Assembly (NCBI GenBank): GCA_002794465.1
Contig: MTSL01000104.1
Location: 1-5,599, forward strand
Origin: Paramicrosporidium saccamoebae KSL3
Taxonomy: Eukaryota; Fungi; Cryptomycota
Length of the DNA: 5,599 bases
Reading direction: 5' to 3'
Shown: positions 1 to 5,599 of the stretch, piece after piece
How the letters are laid out: each line of letters starts with the position of its first letter
Numbering within the stretch: position 1 is the first letter of the stretch
Notes under the pieces: generated by a model
Seen by the model: only the letters and a program-made list of their open reading frames with translations
Databases searched by the model: none
What the model was told of the DNA's origin: nothing
Translations under genes and position numbers: made by a program

Positions 1-5
1 ATGAT

Positions 6-1202
6 GTGAAATCTGCCGAGGAGCTTTTCCATCTCTTTACTGTTGGCTACTACCGAATCTCAAGGCACCACGGTGTTAAACGAGTGAACAACCAGTTGAT
101 AATTAGCGACGATTATTACTATTGGCTTATCAGTCATAACTGCACGCTCTTGCTACAGGAACTGTTCAATCAAAATCCCCATATCATCCTCAGGTATCGT
201 TGGTACGAAAGTGTTTTTAGACATGGCATCCTTGATGTATTGAAATTGTTGCACAGTATGGAGAAAATACAATGTCTACAAACAGAGTGGGTGAGCGCGG
301 CCGCCATATCGGGACATTTTGAAACCATCAAGTGGGTATTCAACGAGTTTGAGACTGAGGTGGATTGGAATGCCGTGATTGCTCAGTCCTACAGGTTTGT
401 TGACTCTCATCAAATCATCAGGTATCTCCAGGAGGAGGCCAAGGTTATATTGCCGCCTAAAGTAGACCTTGTGCTATTGGCAGGGGAAGGACACCTGGAA
501 AAATTACAATCCGGGTACGCTAAATCGAAAGAGAATTTCCCATGGGAAGACATAGTGGATATCGCAGCTCGTTGTGGACACGTTGGAATCCTCGGATGGG
601 CTTACACCGAGTCCAGTACTCTTCCGGATGATAAATCTGTGAAGGCTGCCTGCAAAAGAGGCAACTTTGCAGCTCTGCACGAAATGTTTGAAACTTACAC
701 CAATCTGACGGTGCCTGAAAATGAATTACCCAAGGTTGCCGCAGATTGTATCCTCTACGCCGCCATGCACAATAAGCAGGAAGAGATGGACTGGATATTG
801 GAAACGCGTTTGGAAAATGTGCTGCCAAACCTGGAGTCTTTTAATAAGTATCTAGAATTTGTGCCGGAAGAGGCATGGCTGCGCGCATTCAGATGGATCG
901 CAGCAAAGACAAAGGGCGCCGTTAAAGTTGAACTAGAGGTTATAGAATACGCTATTGAGAGACATCATGAGCAAGTGCTACAGTGGCTAGTTGAGCAAGC
1001 AACAGACATAACGGCACCCATGATGGAATTTATTGCAAAGGCTGGCAGCCTCAAAATTCTAGAGACGATACACGCACGCGATCCGTCGTTGGTGTGTACT
1101 GGTAAAGTTCGTACTGCGGCGAGGCAAGGTCAGGGGGCGTGGAAGGTCATTGTCCTGGAATGGCTAGACAAGAAGTGTCAACAGGATACAACCCAAGCTT
1201 GA
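6..1202 (+). CDS. Divergent ankyrin-like repeat protein, probably 5'-partial (>=398 aa)
   Basis: Long open frame ending in TGA at 1200-1202. The listed start is GTG and the preceding in-frame codon (3-5, GAT) is not a stop, so the frame runs off the window edge. Recurrent ankyrin-like motifs: AAAISGHFETIKW, LAGEGHLEKLQ, AARCGHVGILGW, AACKRGNFAAL, AIERHHEQVLQWL, IAKAGSLKILE, AARQG..VLEWL. Confidence 0.85.
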   Translation: MKSAEELFHLFTVGYYRISRHHGVKRVNNQLIISDDYYYWLISHNCTLLLQELFNQNPHIILRYRWYESVFRHGILDVLKLLHSMEKIQCLQTEWVSAAAISGHFETIKWVFNEFETEVDWNAVIAQSYRFVDSHQIIRYLQEEAKVILPPKVDLVLLAGEGHLEKLQSGYAKSKENFPWEDIVDIAARCGHVGILGWAYTESSTLPDDKSVKAACKRGNFAALHEMFETYTNLTVPENELPKVAADCILYAAMHNKQEEMDWILETRLENVLPNLESFNKYLEFVPEEAWLRAFRWIAAKTKGAVKVELEVIEYAIERHHEQVLQWLVEQATDITAPMMEFIAKAGSLKILETIHARDPSLVCTGKVRTAARQGQGAWKVIVLEWLDKKCQQDTTQA

Positions 1203-1362
1203 TCAGCAACTGAGTAGCCGACATTAGAGACCACTACACAAATAGAACTCATTTTGAAAACTCGAGTCACTATTGGCTATTTATCGTAAAGCGAGGAAGT
1301 CATCGCAGGTACACTCGCCATTAGCTTTACTAGCAGCCCCTCTCTCGTATTGTTTGTAGAAA

Positions 1363-1891
1363 TTAGCAAATCTGCCTACTATTATTAGTTGCGAAATGGC
1401 AAAATAATTGGCAAGGACTGCTACTTTGTGGCCAATCAATCACTTCACTGTCTTGCACTTTTGGGGCAGCGTGGACGACCAATGTGTCCTCAATACAGAA
1501 CCTAGCAAATAGCTCAGATACCAATGGTTGGTAAGCATTTGCAGCAGTTACATAGGCGGTGCCAGCGACGAATGGGCAACCTCTTTCATGCCCATCCATC
1601 ATTTGCCATACTTTATACTTGGTATACGACTCGAAAAATCCAGCGTACAGTCGATTAAGCACGGGGTTCGCTCATATAAATCTCGCCGAGCCTACCAGTT
1701 TTATGCCCTTTAATTGACATGGAGCTCCACCAATATGGTGTACTCCACAAACCATTTACAGCATCTATCAATACCAAATGATCTTGTGAAGAACCATAGA
1801 ACAATAGTCCTGCCCTCTCCCGGAAGCTTTCCAAGTCCCCGGCGTGATATTGTTGGTGCATGCTAGTGTGAACTCTTTGTACCCAAGCCAT
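1363..1891 (-). pseudogene. Possible degraded or frameshifted gene remnant (two consecutive short ORFs, 78 and 99 aa, overlapping by 8 nt)
   Basis: Two same-strand ORFs cover about 530 bp end to end. The second contains HERGCPF..T...AA, loosely like the HENGCPW-type repeat of giant-virus ankyrin proteins. No firm homology recognised. Confidence 0.2.
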
Positions 1892-2292
1892 CTGCGCTTA
1901 TCAACGCGTTTATCAAATGCTTCTCTCATTGGGGCCATGGGCAGCCTTGAGAGGCAAGACGCTTTAATCCGTCGCTTGTAGAGATAAGCAATCTAAGCCT
2001 GTGCGGCTGGTCAGCACTAGGCTCACGTGTGATCGATGGTTAGTGGTTTTCGCTTCTTGATAGCGATTCAGCTTTCGTCCAGCAGCCCCGAGATGGTTGT
2101 TTATTTATCGCTGTTATGTACCTGATATATATGCTGCTCATTAATCTTCAACAAATCCCTGTTAGGTTCTGTATTGTGGGAATATTAGTTGCTCACAATG
2201 GGTCTCATGTCGGCCTTCTAGCCCTTTTACGATGCATTCTAACATCTCTCAATTAAGATATCACCCCCAAATCCCCAGCTACTCAAGTCACT

Positions 2293-3258
2293 CTATCGCA
2301 AAGAAAATAGATCAAGCTTTGTCAAGGGCACTCTGGCTAGCTGAAAGTTTGGATCAACAGTTTGCACCCATCGAAGAATATTCCGTGCATTTTTATCAAT
2401 GGCAGCATTTACCAACTTTTGATGTAATAGTTTCGTACCCAAGTGCCGGTAGAGAACTTGGATCATGTCCACTTGATCAAATCTTAATGCGCAACATAAA
2501 AGCTTCTTAAGATTTACAATGTCAGGTTTGACGGGTAATATAATATCAACAATGTCAGGGCTCGTGATGATTGAGGATATGGAGGGCATTTTTGACACAT
2601 CAAGGTGACTGTGAACTAGCAGACGCAGAGTATTGACGTGCCCCAAGACTATCAACTCTTTTATCGAAACAGTGTTCCCTCGAATGTTCATTTTCAAGTG
2701 CTTCATAATTTCTACTGCGTCGAGGCTCTCGAGTAATTTCTGTAATTCTGCATTTTCTGTATACAGCTCTGGTGGAATCAATTGATTAATCTTGGCATGT
2801 TTGAAAAATTTTACGCCGTCTGCCTTTAGGATTTCTAAATAATGTCGCTTCCAGTTAAACACTCTCCCCTCCCACAACTTTTCATCCCACCAAGACATCT
2901 TGAACGATAGTGCGAAAAGAAAGTGATAATTCTCTTCAAATTGCCACAGCGGAAAGGAGTCGCTTTGGACACTGCGGAGGAGATGAGTATATTCTTCCCG
3001 TAGTGCTTCCTTAATAGCAGCTCTAAAGTTCATCTGAGCGGCCTGGCTTTTCAAGGCAATGAGGCATGCATCCGAAACGGAAAGACCGTCTTGATTCATG
3101 GCCTTTCCTAGTTCAATGTTGAGACTAAAAAGCGATAGTCCTTCTCCACGGGCTATCAATTCAGAGTGGCCTACAATCGGCGTGTTTCTATCTGACGAAG
3201 CACGGCAATAGCTGGTTAGGGCCAGTACGTATAGTAGCACATTGTACAGCCGGCTCAT
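2293..3258 (-). CDS. Putatively secreted ankyrin-like repeat protein (321 aa), paralogue of 3482-5317, possibly C-terminally truncated
   Basis: ATG at 3258, TAG at 2295-2293. The N-terminus MSRLYNVLLYVLALTSYCRA resembles a signal peptide. It is colinear by eye with the 611-aa protein: RGEGLS/RGKGLS, SDAC/SDAC, KEALREEY/KEAIREKY, LWEG..NWKRHY/LWEG..DWHKHY, GHVNTLRLL/GYVNTLRLL, RHLG/RHLG, NILRW/NILMW. Confidence 0.85.
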   Translation of the reverse strand: MSRLYNVLLYVLALTSYCRASSDRNTPIVGHSELIARGEGLSLFSLNIELGKAMNQDGLSVSDACLIALKSQAAQMNFRAAIKEALREEYTHLLRSVQSDSFPLWQFEENYHFLFALSFKMSWWDEKLWEGRVFNWKRHYLEILKADGVKFFKHAKINQLIPPELYTENAELQKLLESLDAVEIMKHLKMNIRGNTVSIKELIVLGHVNTLRLLVHSHLDVSKMPSISSIITSPDIVDIILPVKPDIVNLKKLLCCALRFDQVDMIQVLYRHLGTKLLHQKLVNAAIDKNARNILRWVQTVDPNFQLARVPLTKLDLFSLR

Positions 3259-3276
3259 TATTAATACGTATTAATA
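3259..3276. promoter_or_regulatory. Perfect 18-bp palindrome immediately upstream of the 321-aa start codon; function unknown
   Basis: TATTAATACGTATTAATA equals its own reverse complement and occupies positions -1 to -18 relative to the ATG at 3258. The palindrome is certain; a regulatory role is inferred from position only. Confidence 0.5.
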
Positions 3277-3330
3277 TTCAGTGTTAATGGTCGATCCCCA
3301 GAAAGGGGAGGCTATGAGCCTCTTGTGATA

Positions 3331-3508
3331 GAATTTACATTTCACTATGCAACAACTCGTCTGGTTTGATGGAATTTTTATTTCATTACGCAACAAGCCA
3401 TCTGGTTTGATATTTCATTACGCAACAAGCCGTCCGAGTTGATACTTCATTACGCAACAAGCCGTCTGGGTTGATACTTCATTACGCAACAACCCGTCTG
3501 GTTTGATA
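3331..3508. repeat. Tandem repeat: four contiguous 32-bp units plus one diverged unit with 9-bp linkers, overlapping the stop codon of the 611-aa gene
   Basis: Consensus (+) YTTCATTACGCAACAAGCCRTCTGGTTTGATA at 3381-3412, 3413-3444, 3445-3476 and 3477-3508. A diverged unit lies at 3340-3371. The 9-bp linkers are gaatttaca (3331-3339) and gaattttta (3372-3380). Confidence 0.97.
3377..3382 (-). terminator. Candidate polyadenylation signal AATAAA for the 611-aa gene
   Basis: The minus strand reads TAATGA-AATAAA-AATTC at the junction of the 3381-3412 unit and its linker, about 100 nt after the stop. The hexamer also occurs inside ORFs here (1029-1034, 4264-4269), so chance is possible. Confidence 0.35.
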
Positions 3509-5317
3509 GTCCTTCACTTTCTGCACCAGTTCCGGCGCATGTCGATCACAACCAAAGTCAATTAGCCGTTTGTGGTCTGGAAGGAGCCGCGGTACCTTTT
3601 GTAAGGCCCATTCTAACAGGGCGCTATCATCCGGTCTACTTTCTAGCCTAGTCCTGATGGCACTTACACCCGGAATCGCCTCTGGATTTTTCTCGTTAAT
3701 CCATTTCAGTGCATCAACATTCCCTATTTCTGCTGCCTTGCAGGCCATATCGCATGTGGCCACATCTACTTGCTTATAGGACGAGACCCATTCATGCAGT
3801 TCTGCACCAGCACGCATAGAGGCACAGAGCGACATCAGACTCTTATCAGGGAGAAGCAGACGATTAACGCGGTTTAACCATTCCACAAATTCCAGCGGCT
3901 GGTTTCGTAACTCGTCTACGGTGGGTAGAAATGTACGGTCCATAGTATCGTAGTACGCAGCTCTTAAAAGAACCAAATAGTCGGTTCGAGTTTGCGTGTC
4001 AAGATGGTCACGGAGCGAATAGCATCCCTTCATTCTTTCGTGTTGGGATCTTTTAAGAAATGCTCCATGGACATTTTGCGTAATCCAGAGTGCAAATCGG
4101 AAATCGCACGCCTTGCTTGCATACTCGAGATCCTCGATGGCTGGTATGATTTGGCCGGTTGCTTCAAAGGCTGTGGTGCTTAACCAAGCAGGAGATTCAA
4201 ACTTTAATAGCTCTACGGCATGCTGATAAAGCAGTTCCAGGGGCACTAGTTCAGGATTGATGGAATAAATTCTGACAATCATATCGTGATGCCACATAGT
4301 GTCTCTACATGCTTCTTTGGCTTGATAGGGAAGTGGTAGAAAGGTCGGGTCAAGAGAGTAAAGGAAATCAAACACCTCGACACGTCCGGCAATCATAATG
4401 TCCTCAACACAGTCTTTGGCTGGGCGGACATCTGGACTAACTTCATCTGCCCACATAAGAATGTTTAAGCAACCTCTTTGGGCGGCAGTGGTTAGACCAG
4501 CCTGAGACAACGGAAATGCGCCCAGATGTCGGTGGATAACTTTGAGTAAATCCACCCCACACCCACGTAGAGCATACTTTGCCACATGTTCAATGTCCAC
4601 TATATCAGAGTTCACAGACAAGACGAAATCAAGAATGTCGGGATTAAAAGATACTTCAAATGTGTCGTCTCTAAATAGATCGACTTTGTTGTCATGTAGC
4701 AAGCGCAAAGTGTTGACATATCCGCGATCATCAAATTTGCCTATTGAGGCCAGGTCGCTTTTGATTTCCATTCCCAGGTGGTTCATAATCTTTGCAGCAT
4801 CGAATGACTGGAGCTCTTCTTGGGGCAGTGGTGGCTCTGCAGATAACAGCGAGGGGCCGAGGTTCTCGTTATTGGCGTGTATGAAAAATTCCACATTATC
4901 CGCTCTGAAAATTTCTTCATAGTGTTTGTGCCAATCAAGCACCACTCCTTCCCACAGATTGCTGTTAAACCAAGGCTTGCCCCATGAGAACGCATAATAC
5001 CAGTGATACTCTCTCGGATCTTCCCAACGATTAAGCACCCTGCTCTGGGCGCAAGTAAGGACATGATAATACTTTTCACGAATTGCCTCCTTAACAACGT
5101 CAAAAGTTTTAGTTTCAGCGATCCTACTCTCCGTGACAATAATGCAAGCGTCCGATATGGGAATATTCTCCGCAACCACAGCCTTTTCTAGCTCCGCATT
5201 AATGCGAGATATAGACAGTCCCTTCCCACGTCGCACATATTCTTCAACATTGCCAGCGACAGTGCTGCAAGAGACTGCAAAGGCCAGCGCATACAGAGCC
5301 GCTCTGGAACACTTCAT
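3482..5317 (-). CDS. Putatively secreted ankyrin-like repeat protein (611 aa)
   Basis: ATG at 5317, TAA at 3484-3482. The N-terminus MKCSRAALYALAFAVSCSTVAG resembles a signal peptide. Ankyrin-like cores are TAAQRGCLNILMW, IAGRVEVFDFLY and KAAEIGNVDALKWI. A linker motif recurs at about 30-aa spacing (SPDVRP, DPTFLP, NPELVP, DRTFLP, NRLLLP, NPEAIP, VPRLLP). Confidence 0.92.
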   Translation of the reverse strand: MKCSRAALYALAFAVSCSTVAGNVEEYVRRGKGLSISRINAELEKAVVAENIPISDACIIVTESRIAETKTFDVVKEAIREKYYHVLTCAQSRVLNRWEDPREYHWYYAFSWGKPWFNSNLWEGVVLDWHKHYEEIFRADNVEFFIHANNENLGPSLLSAEPPLPQEELQSFDAAKIMNHLGMEIKSDLASIGKFDDRGYVNTLRLLHDNKVDLFRDDTFEVSFNPDILDFVLSVNSDIVDIEHVAKYALRGCGVDLLKVIHRHLGAFPLSQAGLTTAAQRGCLNILMWADEVSPDVRPAKDCVEDIMIAGRVEVFDFLYSLDPTFLPLPYQAKEACRDTMWHHDMIVRIYSINPELVPLELLYQHAVELLKFESPAWLSTTAFEATGQIIPAIEDLEYASKACDFRFALWITQNVHGAFLKRSQHERMKGCYSLRDHLDTQTRTDYLVLLRAAYYDTMDRTFLPTVDELRNQPLEFVEWLNRVNRLLLPDKSLMSLCASMRAGAELHEWVSSYKQVDVATCDMACKAAEIGNVDALKWINEKNPEAIPGVSAIRTRLESRPDDSALLEWALQKVPRLLPDHKRLIDFGCDRHAPELVQKVKDYQTRRVVA

Positions 5318-5432
5318 ATGACCCAGGTCGCCGCTCCGACCATGATGTCAGGAACACTATGACCCAGGCCGCCGCTCCGACCACGATGTCAGGAAAACTA
5401 TGACCCAGGTCGCCGTTCCGACCACAATGTCA
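5317..5432. repeat. Tandem repeat: 41-bp unit, about 2.8 copies, abutting the start codon of the 611-aa gene; each unit is an imperfect inverted repeat
   Basis: tatgacccaggtcgccgctccgaccatgatgtcaggaacac (5317-5357), tatgacccaggccgccgctccgaccacgatgtcaggaaaac (5358-5398), tatgacccaggtcgccgttccgaccacaatgtca (5399-5432). Internal arms are TGAC/GTCA and GGTCG/CGACC. Confidence 0.97.
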
Positions 5433-5588
5433 ATGCGTTCAAACATTGAAGAATCAATCTCTTCATTTCTCGACACTCCTTTCCATATTTGGACAAATAC
5501 CCCGTACCCAGCTAAACATTCCACTACTTGACAGGTTTACATTACTAATGATTCGGCAACCGTAAAACATCCGCCTTATAAACATTCG

Positions 5589-5599
5589 CCCCCCCCCCC
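5589..5599. repeat. Poly-C run (>=11 nt) reaching the window end
   Basis: Eleven consecutive C from 5589 to the last base. Confidence 0.9.

Noticed and set aside
520-828. 102-aa minus-strand ORF
   Set aside because: Wholly antisense to the well-supported + strand CDS and has no recognisable motif.
1528-1713. 61-aa plus-strand ORF
   Set aside because: Short, non-ATG start, no motif; within chance expectation.
1898-1916. Two TTATCAA (GATA-like) motifs 12 bp apart around AACGCGTT
   Set aside because: Too short to distinguish from chance and not positioned near a supported gene start.
2285-2314. TGA recoded as Trp/Cys (alternative genetic code) in the shifted frame after the 321-aa ORF
   Set aside because: The three long ORFs are uninterrupted in the standard code with many TGG Trp codons, the + strand ORF ends plausibly at TGA, and the shifted frame also hits a TAG immediately afterwards.
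2232-2510. 92-aa plus-strand ORF
   Set aside because: Mostly antisense to the 321-aa CDS; no recognisable features.
3340-3380. Alternative splicing to the distal HQTRRVVA unit
   Set aside because: There is no AG acceptor immediately before the unit on the sense strand (TAAAAATTC-CAT).
3331-3508. CRISPR array (32-bp repeats)
   Set aside because: Units are directly contiguous or separated by near-identical 9-bp linkers. There are no unique spacers and no cas genes in the window.
3570-5321. Short ORFs at 3570-3779, 3992-4183, 4542-4922, 5003-5191, 5133-5321 (+) and 4783-5175 (-)
   Set aside because: Antisense or out-of-frame shadows inside the 611-aa CDS, with non-protein-like (Ser/Arg-rich) composition or no motifs.
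5317-5432. CRISPR array or REP-like element (palindromic units)
   Set aside because: Linkers are only 9 bp and almost identical, so they are not spacers. No associated nuclease or transposase is visible.
5317-5466. Phase variation by repeat copy number fusing an upstream ATG to the 611-aa ORF
   Set aside because: The only frame that enters the main ATG has a TGA at the start of every unit (TCC TGA CAT / CAT TGA CAT), so no whole-unit copy number gives an in-frame extension.
5476-5482. Shine-Dalgarno-like AAAGGAG 9 nt before the ATG at 5466 (minus strand)
   Set aside because: It precedes only a 22-aa ORF, and neither long ORF with a visible start has such a motif. One hit is insufficient to argue bacterial origin.
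1-5599. Naming a specific source organism or gene symbol
   Set aside because: The repeat style is shared by giant viruses and several microbial eukaryotes, and no marker gene is present. A database search is required.

Overview
A region of roughly mid-40% GC (estimated by eye) with three long, apparently intronless ORFs of divergent ankyrin-like helical-repeat type. The + strand ORF (6-1202) is open at the window edge and probably 5'-partial. It converges on two tandem paralogues on the - strand (3482-5317, 611 aa; 2293-3258, 321 aa), both starting with predicted signal peptides. The 321-aa copy stops where the longer copy continues and may be frameshift-truncated. The most unusual structure is around the 611-aa gene, which has a tandem array at each terminus. 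A 41-bp array of three hairpin-capable units abuts the start codon. A 32-bp array (with an older 41-bp period) repeats the last eight codons plus a double stop five times. A perfect 18-bp palindrome abuts the start codon of the 321-aa gene. There is no recognisable housekeeping gene, RNA gene, transposase or CRISPR array. The source looks more like a microbial eukaryote (e.g. an intracellular parasite) or a giant virus than a typical bacterium, but this is inference and cannot be settled from the window.
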